From Botryllus schlosseri (Eukaryota), in the NCBI GenBank assembly GCA_051294905.1, contig CM119372.1, positions 29,328,001-29,392,000 on the forward strand: a stretch of DNA of 64,000 nucleotides. Reading direction: 5' to 3'. Positions 26,287 to 39,900 of this stretch are shown piece by piece. Position 1 is the stretch's first letter, and each line of letters opens with the position of its first letter. The position numbers were made by a program, and so were the translations under genes. Under the pieces are notes generated by a model, which ran no database searches, was not told the DNA's origin, and worked only from the letters and a program-made list of their open reading frames with translations.

Positions 26287-28823
26287 CAGACATGGGGTGA
26301 TTACTTCACGGATGTAATCGATTGCGATTACGATTACTTGTGATTCCCACGATTACGATTACGATTACGATTACAGCAAAATCAGGAAGTAGTCGATTAC
26401 GATTACGATTACATTTCAAAAGTAATCACGATTACTCACGATTACATTTGTTTTGCTTCTTAAAACTAATTTCAGAAGAGATATTGGAAGACAATATAAG
26501 GCTTGCGATGAAAAGGTCTAATGAGATAACAACTTTACTTATAAATTATACGTCATTTGCTTGTTACGTCATAATGCACCCATTGCCTAACTCTATACAG
26601 GATTATTCGTCGCACCCAACGATTTGCATTCTTGCCAGGTCCGTAACTGCCACACCCCAAACTCCCCAATAGGACCGGGAGCGAGCTCTAAGGGGACTTA
26701 AAAGTATTTCGTAGATCAACATAAATTGTTATAGAGTATTTTCAAGACAGTTAATTAACTTGAAAATTTTCTTCGAGCTTCGGGATTTATTGTCTCTAAA
26801 TAGCTTGATTTTGAAATGCATACCTCTCCCTCTCAAGAAAAAAAGCAAGCATAATTTATAGGAATAGACATTTCGTGGGCGGTCATTACCCCACCACGAC
26901 ACACCGAAAGACGTATGCAATTTCGGCCAACATGCAACTCCACAAAGTGTGCTACCATAGAATGACCTTTGTGCCAAAACTTTGGGTATGTGTCCATTGT
27001 CAGTAGCCGCGCTCTGTGGTCGTGACGAATAGTCCGGTCCTTCCAATCTGAGCCCCAACAATGCAAATGCCACCCGGGGCACTCACAGAGGAATAAAGAC
27101 ATGACAATTTGTGTGTGCGTCCCACGAAAGTTTTTTTATTAGTCTGCTGCGTTTGGGTGACTACAGTATCTTTTGATTATATAAAAGGCGGGCGGTCACT
27201 AATTAACAACATTCAATGAAGTAATTATAACAACATACTAGATGCTATAATTATGAATTACGTGCCCCAGCTCTACCGGTAAATCTGAACGAATAGCAAC
27301 ATGATGCAATTACCAATATTATTGACGAAATTCAGTTATCAACTTGAAAACTGACCACCCTATGGGGCCCCAATACCAGGGGTTGTAATGACTCGAGTCG
27401 CCACATTTTGGTGACTAGACTTGACTCGAGTCATTTTTTCAAATGCGTAAATAGACTCGACTCGAGTCCATTTTTGTATTGACTCGACTTGCACTCGAGT
27501 CATTTTGTATGACTCGAGAATAGAACGGCCAAGACAGACATTTCATGTAACTTCGAAGAATAGTAAAGTTACCACATTATTTGTATTTCGTCTATCAGTC
27601 CTGATACTTGGAAATAGGGCCGTAAACTGTGAAAACTGATGAAAATTACTACATGATGAATACGAGCCATTCTATATCACTCGAGCAGAGTTGAAAAAAG
27701 TGGGTTGAACCGGATTGACATGAAAACTAATCTGTGAACATAACGACTTGGACTCGTAGGCCTACTCGAGTCAAACACTATGACTGGGACTCGTCCCTAT
27801 ACTAGCTGGCTTGGACTCAGACTTGACTCGGGGGTGAATTGAAAATGACTCGACTTGACTCGAGTCAAAACTATAAAAGTGAGATTGACGTGTTACTTGG
27901 CACATTGTGACTTGGTTACAACCCTACCAATACTAACGTTGGGAGTGGGCGACGAATTGCTGCTTTGGTCCTGATTGTGCCTACTACCCACGCTAACATG
28001 GTGTATAAGCGGATGGCTATGGCGAAGGTGTAAATGTCGAGTGAAGAATTGTGACATAACGATTGGCGCCCGTTTCATGTAGAGTCATATGAGAATAAGA
28101 TAAAGTGAGCTTAAAATTCTTACACTTCAAACCGATACTGAAAGCTGCCGTTACGAGAAACAGCAAAGAACCGCTCGGTTATGATATATATCAGCAGCTG
28201 GTGATTTTAACTATCGTAATGTTTTATTTGACGAGTACAAAATTTCAAATCTTTGTCCGGTGTACGTACAATACATACGTATACTACATAGATAGGCCTA
28301 CTGCTCGCCAAGCATCAACGGTCAAACTGCGTTCAACTGAGAATAAGTTACTATTTGAAACTAGGCAGAGTGGTGATTATTATCTTGCTGCGAGGTAGTG
28401 GCGTCTTGAGTGTATTGATAACCTGATATACAGCATGGCTTACACTCTTCTAACAATCACACAACAATGTACAGCGAATATATATTTACTACATGTGGAT
28501 ACTTCTTACGCAAGGACGAGCAAGGCTAATACTTCTGACGTAATAATGAGCAGTGGCGTTTGAAAATCAACCGTTTGCGCTATCCATAACCTGGTATAAC
28601 ATCTCTTCCTTGTTCACGAATATTCGGTCATGTCATACTCATTGTGCAAATAAAAAGTAATCGTTCTTTCACTAATAAATCGATTAGATATGTGAAGTAG
28701 TCGATTACGATTACGATTACTTTGGATTTTTTTCGAATGTAATCGATTGCGATTACGATTACTTGAAAATGCTGTAATCGTCGTAATCGATTACGATTAC
28801 TAATCACGATTACCCCATGTCTG
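26287..28823. mobile_element. Non-autonomous hAT element (CGATTA-repeat family)
   Basis: TIR CAGACATGGGGT / ACCCCATGTCTG; perfect TSD actcagaa; CGATTA arrays at both ends. Confidence 0.9.
27378..27926. mobile_element. Nested hAT MITE (GACTCGAGTC family)
   Basis: GGGTTGTAA / TTACAACCCT ends; TSD ccaatac(c/t); same family as 42219-42819. Confidence 0.8.
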
Positions 28824-29232
28824 ACTCAGAATTGCCTCGCGGGTCGGATTAAATCGTCTGGCGGACCGGCTGTTTGACACCCCTGATCTAGAGCTAAAGC
28901 CTGTGATGTCATTATTAGGAGCAATGAGGCTCATGAGTCCGACATTTCTTCTGTCAGTATGATATGTATCCCAATATTCCTTGTTCAATGTATGCCTTGT
29001 TCAACTCAGATTTTACCATAGTCAATAGTTCATGTAAACCTAAAATAATTGAGTGATCGTCCCTTTACGAAGCAATCGACTATATTTGCAAAACAATCGA
29101 TTACGATTAATTTGTATTAATTTTCAAATGCGATCGATTACGAAAATAAATGCATGAAAATGTTGTTACCCCATAGTCTATAGTCGATATGCTTCAATGT
29201 TATCGCTTAATCTGGCACTTACAGTTACGGTT

Positions 29233-30113
29233 TAGGGGAAGGTGGGGCACAATGGATACAGCGACACGATGGTACATCGTGAATATTTTAAAACCTCTTC
29301 AGGAAGAATATACATCGCTTCGATGATTTAGTACTGTCATTTCAGCCGTAACTCTTATGTGGTTTGATTTCGCCAATGTCGCTGCCTTTGTCAGAAAATT
29401 TCGAGTACCTTAATTTTACATCGCTACCTTTCGATCATGTTTTAGAAGCGTACATGCCGTTTGTTCTGCTTGAAATTAGTACACAGCTTAGTCGAATCAG
29501 TTAGTAGTCGCCCTGTATGCTATTTTAGGCGCAGGATTGCGGTTTCAACATTTTTTGCACTGAAGAAGTGCTATGGGGCACATTGGGACAATTTGCTTAG
29601 GGCACAATGGCCTATTGATATTCAAAGCAGACTTTACAAAATATATAAACATCGAAAAAAGAGCGCGCAGAAACAAGACCGTCACCAACACGTCCACAAA
29701 AACATATTTTGAAGTGTCACGCAATAAGTCGAGCGCATTAAGGTTCATTTACCACCACTTATAATCAATGTGGATCGACGAGCCGGCAGCGATCTTCATG
29801 CATGTTTCATTACGATTCCAAACTTCGGGATGTAAGCTAAAACTGGTCTTTGACACCTGTTGATCCATCGTTTCTCAGGTTCTTGATAACTGATGCAGTG
29901 TTAATATTACTGTCCCATTTTCCTCCACCGCGCGTCCCATTGTACCACGCCTATGGGGCATAATGGGACGCAAAAGAAACGTCTTTCAAGTGGCTGTGCT
30001 TTCGATATCGATATTCATCCACCGTTTTGCTCAAGTTCATTGGTATTTCTGAATTAGTAATTTTTTTAGGACTGAAAATGTGATTTTTGGCCATCTGTGC
30101 CCACCTCCCCCTA
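29233..30113. mobile_element. Non-autonomous TIR DNA transposon, superfamily uncertain
   Basis: Imperfect TIR TAGGGGAAGGTGGGGCACA / TGTGCCCACCTCCCCCTA; internal GGGGCACA(A/T)TGG motifs. Confidence 0.6.
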
Positions 30114-32571
30114 CTTTGTAAAATGCTGAATTATCACCGACAGAAAAGGTTTAATACATAGTTCCAATTGCAGTTTGGTGTCTCCGGCTTCGAAAAGGGG
30201 ACGAGAGATCTAATAAGGTAGTAGTCTAATAGTTCCTACTCGTGTACTTGTGTACAGTCAAAAATTCCCCGCCATCTCATACTGATTAGGTATCCCGAAT
30301 CTCGAATAAATTGAGAAGAAGGGGTACTGGCACACATTTATCAAACTCTTCCGCACCGACATTGAATCGTTGTATAAATTTTTCGAAGAGGTAATTAAAT
30401 TATCTTAGATCCGTTTCCGCGACCAAAAGCATATTAGTTTGCATTTGTCTCTTTTAGGTGATTTTGACTGACTAAAAATAGTATCAATTTTTCGGGAACT
30501 CATTTTCTCTACTGCAATGATTGCACATCTGACAATAGAATTATGCGTATTCAAACTAGAGACAGCTTGGGTTTCATCATTCTGCTGTTATTTTCAAAGG
30601 TAAAAATAAGTCTACTCGGGCATCTGAAATCCTAGTGGCAATGTATCTTATTAATTTAGAATATATTTCAACATAAACTAAATTATAGAGAAATGTTCAT
30701 TTGGTATAATTAGTACACTATACAAGTCAAAGACAAAAGGGTGAGAAGAGACCAGAGGGAGCTGTTCCATTTTGTTATTAAAATAGGCCTTATTATTCTC
30801 CCCACTTGACCAATCTATATAATACTATGTCAGGGGTTACCAACCTTTCCGGACAGAGGGTCGCAGGCGATATACTAATCATTGCACGGGCCACTTGGAT
30901 GTTGATGATCTTTTCAGTGGTCCGATAGGAGTGAACCGGATTAGGTAACAGTGAAAACAAGATTTATCTTACTACGCATCAAAATCGGTAACTATTATTT
31001 AATGGATACTCCTAGCCACGCGAAGGGAGAAAACTTTCAAAGGTAATGAATGAATTCGGTCAATAAAATTGTTACTTGCATATATTGCGGGTCGCCTCGG
31101 TTTATCGCTGTGCTCATTTGGCAATGACAGGATCATTCGGAGCTTAGACATATCAATAATAGAGGTTTCGGCGAATATACGTCTATCATTTTGAGCAAAG
31201 CTTATGTCGTCGACGAAATTTCTACCAGTGCAGACGGGAAGTCGCATGTTGGACGACACGTTCTCTCATAAAAGCGAATATAGTCAGACCTAATTCTGTA
31301 TTCTGGGCATATTTGGGGATACCTATACTATGATATCTTAGTCATCTACATCCCAAATTTTGCGATCAGGCTAATCAACTATTTTGTTTGCCTTTGCAAC
31401 TTCATAATGAATTATCTGGGTCATTAAAAAAATATATATTACTAGTTTCAAGAATTACCTCGCAGGCTACCCCAAACTTTCTCGCGGGCCATGGGTTGAC
31501 CGCCCCTATATTATGTGGCTTAAAATTATACACAGACCCGATTTGCAAGTTGGAGCTGTAACAGAATAGTACCCGTTTTCTGCTGCGACGCCCTATATTT
31601 TAAAACAATGCACATGAGTAGGCTACAGGCCCTTGCCTGTAGGCACCGCGCGGCACCACTAAGTGTCCAGAACATGAGCTTTAAATCTTTCATCCTTAGC
31701 GCACTCTTCAGAATCTTTCGTCGTCTTGTGCTCTCATTTATTGTGGATTTTACGAAACGCGATTGGATAAAAGTCGTTGCCCGGTCAGACTTTTCGGATT
31801 CGGACTTGACTATTGAAAGTATTCCTATCTTTTCGGGCTCGAAATGAACTAACGTTGGAAATATCATGCATGCATGGAAATCAATGGGTACCCACTTTAA
31901 AAATGTTCAACAACCCCTGTAATAAGCTTGCCTTATCTTTTCTGTGACTACTGATCTAAGCCAACCTAACTTATTACCTAAAATAACCCCCCTAAACTAA
32001 AATAGGCCTACCATAAAAATTAACTCAACCATAAACCACCCACCAACCTTTTCAAACTAATTCACAATGCTCGTGTGCCGAACGATCGGTAATAAAAGTC
32101 ATATTCTCCAATTTACATCCTTCCACATTTTACCACAATATTAAAAAAAATCGGCTAACGAGTCCATGCATGTCGATTTATTCATAGAGAATTATTCATT
32201 AAGAAGAGGCGCCTTTGATTAAAGATCATTAATTCTCAATAAAATTTTGAATTGCAGGTAAAGCTGAGAGGTCCGATATCTGATTTAGTTCGTCACGGCG
32301 CCATGGCTTCTTTCATGCTTCGGGATCCACTAAAAAGGATTGAAAAGACGTTTATGGGTCAAGAATATGAACACTGGATATCTACTAAATGTCGATTCGA
32401 TGGAGCGATGGTATTTTCGATTGAAATATAAGAAATGAAATATTGCCTTCGTGTTTCATCGACATTGTGGTGGGGTGGAGAAAGAGACTCTTTCGGCCTC
32501 TGCTGTGTGTGGACTTTACACGGCGGATCAGTGTTAAATGATCTGCAAGTTGGTTTTATTCCAGATCACCT

Positions 32572-34126
32572 TCATGCTGCCCGGCTTGGAACCGGCACTG
32601 TTTTGCTCACCACCGGCAAGGGTGCAGAGGAGACAGCCATTGAGGTGTAACTACTAAGGTCGCTCTTAGTATCCGTTGGTCGAATTGGTTTTTTGTTCTC
32701 GGGTGACGAGTATGGATAACAGTATTGTGATCAAGTCACTACCTTCGAGTCACGAGTCATCTCGAGTCATTGCAGATTTTGACTCGAGTCAAGTCAAGTC
32801 ACTCGATTTTCAAAGGTGATTCGAATCAAGTCAAGTCATCCGATTTTTGAAGGTGACTCGAGTCAAGTCGAGTCAAGTCACGTCACGTCACGAGTCAAGT
32901 CACTATAGTCGAGTCAAGTTGAATTTTCAAAGTACGATACGTGATTCATGGTCATTGCATTTTGCTAACTGTTTTAAATACAGATGGGATTCCCATTTAT
33001 TCTGAATCGAGGAACGAATAAAGAGTTGATTATACACGCAAGAAGGCGTTCTCTCGCTCATGCATACGTATAGAAATGTCAAACTACGCAAGCATAGCGG
33101 TATGGCCTCAGTCTATATCAGGGGTGGGAAAACTACGACTTGCGAGCCGCATGCTGATCTTTGAGTCTTTGATTGCGGCTCTTCAATGAGTTTGCAATGT
33201 GCATTCGGTGATAATGAACGTAAGCCACTGTGCCTTTTCCGCCAAGATTCGCCCAATAATAATCACAAAGCTAGAATTTAAACCTCATTACGAAAACAAA
33301 CACCAAAACCTTAATTGCCAAGAGTTACCAAAAAAATACATATTTACGGAGTATTATGATTACCGAGGTCCGCACTGTTTGAAGTCGATCAGTTCGATTT
33401 CAAACACCTTGCAGTCTAGGTGGAGACGCATCGTCTTATACCACACGATAATAAACTTCATTCGATACCCAGCATTTCCTTGTGACGGAATAAATTAGTA
33501 TATATAAATTTTTGTGTTGTGACTCTTTTAAGGCAACGATTTTTGATATGCGGCTCGCGCGTGAACCAGCTCTGCCCACCCGTGATCCAGAATTATTAGC
33601 CAAAATATAGGATAGCATATGAAGCATCAGAGAGTTCAATAAAATGATATGGAGCAATACCCTACTGGGGCCTACGACCCTATCCACATATATAAATCCA
33701 TGATATACAATTATAAACGTATGGACGATATTCGTTCGATTTATACAAGCAAGGGGGTTGGTTGAGGTGTGCAAGTTTACGAAAACGTAAGCTATAAGCT
33801 CCGATCACTGCGTTAACGATCAATTCATTAGTGATGCAACAATGCAGGCTCGGCACACTCAGTGAGTGATCGATCAACAATCCGAACTTATACAGGATAC
33901 GGCGATCTAGTCGACATCGATTACTTGTTGACTTGAAATTGACTCGTAAATTTTGCTTTGAGTCACGAGTCAATCTGCATTTTTGAAGCGTCGAGTCAAG
34001 TCAAGTCAAGTCATTTTTGCAAAGTGACTCGAGTCAAGTCAAGTCATACGAAAAAGGTGATTCGAGTCTGACTCGAGTCAAGTCATGACTCGAGTCATCC
34101 CAACACTGATGGATAATATGATACAT
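32572..34126 (-). CDS. Putative last coding exon (S/T/P-rich tail), interrupted by a MITE
   Basis: Acceptor ttcag at 34127-34131. Removing 32720-34108 plus one TSD copy gives the open frame DVSYYPYSSPENKKPIRPTDTKSDLSSYTSMAVSSAPLPVVSKTVPVPSRAA*. AATAAA downstream at ~32555 and ~32177. Confidence 0.6.
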
Positions 34127-36885
34127 CTGAATATTTGACCTATTGGACTCATCTGACCGACCGGTGTAGGACGCCCTGAGCCCTCTCACGGTTCATACAC
34201 TTTGTAAGATACAACATCATTATAGTACATCGCACATATCTGTATATCACGTGACTTATATCTTTCTTCTCGCTACCACGTGACTTACCATTTATCAGCT
34301 CGTGCATTTCAATTACAAACCAGACTCATCTGCGATATCCTACTGTATATTCCATGCATATTCGACCAATATATCTATCTGAGGCAATCCTGTCGTTGCA
34401 TTCACGTTGAAGTTGTCAGATCAAGGACTTAACGCAGGAACGTGCGTCTTACTACCCACGAGCTAAGTATATCCACCCAGCCACACATTACGTGGGACTC
34501 AGGTTACAACTCTAGCAGGTTATCAGACGACACATCCTTCTGCACCGGTAAGCTCCGTAGCTAGTTTTAGTCACGCCGAAACCATCCCATAAATCGCTTA
34601 TACGATTCTTAACCGGTCATCACTAAGGTCTTGATCGAACAAATATGTGAGCTATTTTCAATGAAAAGTCGTATTTTTCATGATTCCAAGACTTATTTGC
34701 CTAGCGGACTCGGATTCTTGGTTATTGCGAGACTGTACCCTGATTTGCATATATTCGTGGCATTTGCACCCATTTTCAATTTTCCTGCTTCTTTGAAATG
34801 AACTACAAGGCGATAAGATTTGAAGTTGGGTTTTATTGCTATATATTTCGAAATGAACCCGGGATTGAGATTTGAAAATGCATTCCAATCTCAAAATCGG
34901 CATAGGATATGAGCTAAGAAGGTAATTAGGAATGAATGATTGAATTGACTGTGGCTGCGGATCTAACCGTACAGGTTCGTGTATACAAATGAATTATAAG
35001 ATAAGTTCGAAGTGTGTACAAACGTATATTTCATGTGTTATTTTAACAACCAATTTTCGCCCAAATATACTTATAGATTTACCTGTTATGTTAATAAAGG
35101 TGACATATCCTCTCGACGGGCTGAAAATGTCATTGGCGGCGGAGCATTTATACTTCGCAGAGTCTTCCAGGGTGGCGCTTTTGATGATTAGTGTTGCCTT
35201 CCCTGGCTCAATTTTTTGAAGAGGTTCTTTCCAAATATTGTCCGTGGGTACGCCGTCCTGTCTCTGCCATTTGACGTTGACAGTCGAAACTCCAGATCCA
35301 GTACATTCGATCTCAATCGTATCTCCGACTGTGTAATCCTTTCTACTGTTCGACAGAGCGAGAGGGAAAACTGCGTGTAATTGAGAACAATATGTTAAGC
35401 AGCGTCATAAAACTAAATAGGTATATGTGATTGGCCGAGAGAAACCATCGATACTGGTAATCGGCGTGTGTATCACAGAACTTCCAATTTTTCAAAACCA
35501 GACTTGTTGAAGTATTCAGATATATTTTGTCGTCATGACATACTTGCTTACTAACGAAGCTCGCATATCACTTCAACATATATACTAGAGTCTAGACCAG
35601 TGGTTCTCAACGTTGGCGATATTGACCCCAGGGGGCGATTTAGCAGTCTAGGGGGGCGAAAATAACGAAGGGGGCGATAAGGGCGATAGCGCGTTAAGAC
35701 GGCTATATTGGAGTCGGGACCGTAACAACCACACCCCAAAATTAGGGGCAAAAATTATATCGTGAATTAACAAAAATTGTAGTGTAATTTTTCAGAAATT
35801 CATACAATTTTTTCCAAAGATTTTTGCGCTGCGCGCGATTTTATAAATTCATATATCTTGACTTTGTGGTACCCGTCCCCCAACAAAAATACGCATGATT
35901 TATGGAAATGGGAGACTTCGGGGTCAGCCATTACTACGCCACGACGCACCAAGACATATGAAGTTAGAGGTCATGTAACATGCGACTCCGAGAAGTGTGC
36001 CAGAACGATCAGCAGCGAGAAGACCTTGGCCGAAAAGGAATGCCCTTGTGCTGACCGAAAACTAAGATATGTATACTTATACATATATGTTTAATTGTCC
36101 ATATGTGCCTCAATGGCTGGCATCGAATGTTCCTGTCCTAGCGACCTTAACCCTACAGGACAAATGCCATCCCGCAAAGAAAAAAATATTTACCAGTTAA
36201 GAAATACCAATTTGAAATCATGTGCGTCTCTTAGTTTGTTACGTTTTTGACGATTTCCATACCTGCTGATATAGCAGATATAGGAGGTCACGAGATAGCA
36301 TCATGTAACGAAGTCAATATAACAACGATTCCGCCGCTGGTTGCTAGTTGATTTGACCAATAGATAACAATGAATTTTGATGTGAAATTTATTCATATGC
36401 ACAAATTTGAACATTCTACCAGAGTTGGAATCACGACGGCTGGTAAACTGAATTCAGATTTGCAGTAGGCCAAGGAGTTTCTGGTTATTCTAAATATTCA
36501 TGTGAAATCCAAGTATATATTCAGTCACATATCAGATTTAGACTTGTATTAGGAAATGATATGAAACAAACAAACTCAAATTTTTACATTAGGTTCGAAT
36601 CCATGGATCAAATGCGAAGCACGATGGATATGTGAAAATATTGAAGAAACTCATGTATGGCGACAAGGCTTGGCGGGGTTGATATAGGAAATTGAGAGTT
36701 AGTATAATGCTCGTGCCTGCACGAGTAAACATGTCTAAAGTAATCATCTCCTACCATCTTCACACACGTAACTCGTCGATCCTTCGCAGTTGTCGGCGTT
36801 TAAGCAGTTATGCGTTCCATCTACCCAGTAGCCGACCTTGGAATTCCTAAAATTAAATCGAAAGTCATGCAGTCATGAATAATAA

Positions 36886-36916
<31 letters not shown>

Positions 36917-39900
36917 CAACCGCCCGGATATAATCGTCAAACTAAAAAAGAAAAGAGAATGCTTATTCATTGAACTGGCTGTCCCAGCTGATCACAACCT
37001 ACTGCAAAAAGAATCAGAAAAACACTCCAGATACGCAGATCTCAAAATGGAATGTGAGAAAATGTGGCGATGCAAAATAAACATTGTACCGATAGTCATT
37101 GGCGCTACAGGGGTCGTGAGCAAAAAACTCATGAGACATATCCAACAAATTCCGGGTAACGTTCGATTCGACATGATCCAAAAGATCACACTATTGGGCA
37201 CTGTGCACATTCTTCGGAAGGCCTTGAATGCACCACTGGACTAAAATTACACTTGTGAATCACAGCATGATTTCTGTAATTTCGATTCTTCATCTTAAAT
37301 CATCTCTACCTCTGCTCTGTAACCCTTGCCAATTCTTCATCTGCTGCAATTCTGTAATCTGACTTCTCCATGTATTGCATAGGAATATCAATTTGAATGT
37401 AGGGTACTGAAATTTTAAAAATTTACTCCAATCTCGCCATTTTCCTTTGGGGGCAGGCTGCTCCCCGGATTATGTGTGTATTTACCAGTTTTACTGTGAA
37501 TAAAGAATATAATAATAATTATAATAATAATCTACCTCTGCTCTGTAACCCATGCCAATTCTTCATCTGCTGCAATTCTGTAATCTGACTTCTCCGTGTA
37601 TTGCATAGGAATAACAATTTGAATGTATTACTGAAATTTTAAAATTTACTCCAATCTCGCCATTTTCCTTTGGGGCAGGTTGCTCCCCGGATTATGTGTG
37701 TATCTACCAGTTTTTACTGTGAATAAAGAAGATAATAATAATAATAACCACTGGACTAAAATTACACTTGTGAATCACAGCATAATTTCTGTAATTTCGA
37801 TTCTTCATCTTCAATCATCTGTAGCCTACCTCTGCTCTGTAACCCTTGCCAATTCTTCATCTGCTGCAATTCTGTAATCTGACTTCTCCATGTATTGCAT
37901 AGGAATATCAATTTGAATGTATCACTGAAATTTTAAAAATTTACTCCAATCTCGCCATTTTCCTTTGGGGGCAGGTTGCTCCCCGGATTATGTGTGTATT
38001 TACCAGTTTTACTGTGAATAAAGAATATAATAATATAATAATTTATAGAGCGCCGAATATAACAATATGTCATTACTACACTAGGGCGCTGTACATAAAA
38101 GGCAATAAAATATAAAAGTAAACGATATGTATAAAAGACAAAGTGCATATAGTTGTAGGGCGGAATGAACACTACTCTAGTTCGAACGCTCGTGTGAATA
38201 AAACGGTCTTGATTTTGCGTTTGAAAACATATAGCGAGTCACATAGTCTAATAGAAATTGGAAGATTGTTCCACAGAATGGCGGCCGAGGAAGAAAAGGT
38301 TCTCACGCCGTAGGTCGATGTTCTGACTCTTGGAACTGACAAGAGCATTTGTTACTGAGAACGTAGCGCTCTTCCAGGATTATACATTGTCACTAGCTCA
38401 CGAAGATACGCTGGTGCACTTCCCTCCATGCATTTGAAGACGTGCATAAGAAGCTTGTATTCATGAACAGTGATCAGCTGTAACTCTTCCAAAATGCGTG
38501 CGCATACGGTATTTTACATCGGCACCGCCGTGTAGAGTGAAGTGTACCCTTACTACACAAAAGTAGATATCCGAAATTTTACCACGATGTCCACGGTGTT
38601 CCCTGATTTATTCCTATCCAGCCGCGTCCTTGTAAGCATTTTACCCCGAGTTCAAATTCTCATTTTTTCCTGCGCCGATCTGTGTTTAGATTACGTTTAC
38701 TTCGCTCACCAGTTAATGCTTTTTTCGATTTTCGCAATTACGGCATCCGAATCCACCACAGCAAGTCTGAACCCGTCCTTTTTACAACCGCTTCTCGCCA
38801 TCTCCTGCGTGCCTTTCTCGACGTCAAATTTTCGGATTGAGAAGAGTCTGTCGTCAATCTGACTCCTTTTATATTCGGACGGTTCTACAAGCAAAAAGGG
38901 TTGTATTTGAATCAGTTGCCGTTGCGACGAATCGAGATTATTCAACTAGATCAGGGGTTCTCACTTCTCAACCAGTGAGAGTTCTCAAGTGGTGAAAATT
39001 TAGTTAAATTTGTCTTGTTATTCGCTCTAAAATAGGTTTGCTGTTCATAATATAGAATTATAAGTCGGCTGCATAACGCTTTTCATATGACTATGATGAA
39101 ACCTATTGGCATGTATGGAGTGACAATGTCGAACATGAAAGGGGGGAGGGGGAACGGCAGCTTTTGTTTCCCAGCTATGACAATCTACAGCTAACAGCGA
39201 CAAAAGTAATTTCGATTGTATAACAACTGCAAGTCAATACTCAAGTTACCAAGTATTACGGCAGGGTCCATGGCCATGCAAGTGCATTGGCATATGCCGT
39301 TGGAAAGGGCGTGTACCGTGTGAAGTGCATTAAATTTGGACGAAAGCGTATTTGATGTAGATTCGAGGTACTTACTTAGGAAGGTCCTGTTATTGTAACA
39401 GAAAAATAGCCATAGTTGCAAATTTTATCAATTATCAACTTCCTGTGAAACTATATACGGCACCACCGCAACGAATCGTGATGGATTGAGGATTAAGTGC
39501 AATAGGCCTGCATTGTCCGGCCTTGAAATCATTAAACATAATGCAAGAGTTACATGAATTGATTGTATCAGTGAATTGAATACTCTGAGATCACAACTTC
39601 ATTAGGTGATTTCGATCCGACCATCGTCGCGCGAGGACGTCTCGAGGCAGCTTTAAATATTGCACAGGATTTGTGCAGCAATAGCATGAAAATCCGATCT
39701 TATGGAACTCATTTTTTTTGTTCGTGGCGCACAAAGCCGGAAACCGCGAAACTCGCCATTATAATATTAATAATAATATTAACTTCAGTAGGTACAAGAA
39801 ATACTGTGTACATTGCACGATATTAAAAATTGTTTTCTCCCCTTCACCAAAAAATTGTTTGAAGCGGGCTCAAATTGTTTATGTCATTACCCACCACAGT

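Noticed and set aside
26322..26672. RL/TI-repeat protein
   Set aside because: Translation of the CGATTA subterminal array of a MITE
32720..34108. MITE acting as a cleanly spliced introner
   Set aside because: No GT...AG pair at the boundaries restores the frame; the nearest internal acceptor gives GTG ACT TGA
34658..34913. Alternative exon after the Ig exon
   Set aside because: The phase-1 frame from the ttag acceptor hits a stop within about 7 codons; the listed ORF is in an incompatible frame
36420..36447. Micro-exon between the CTLD and Ig exons
   Set aside because: The phase-1 reading contains TGA and the open frame is phase-incompatible
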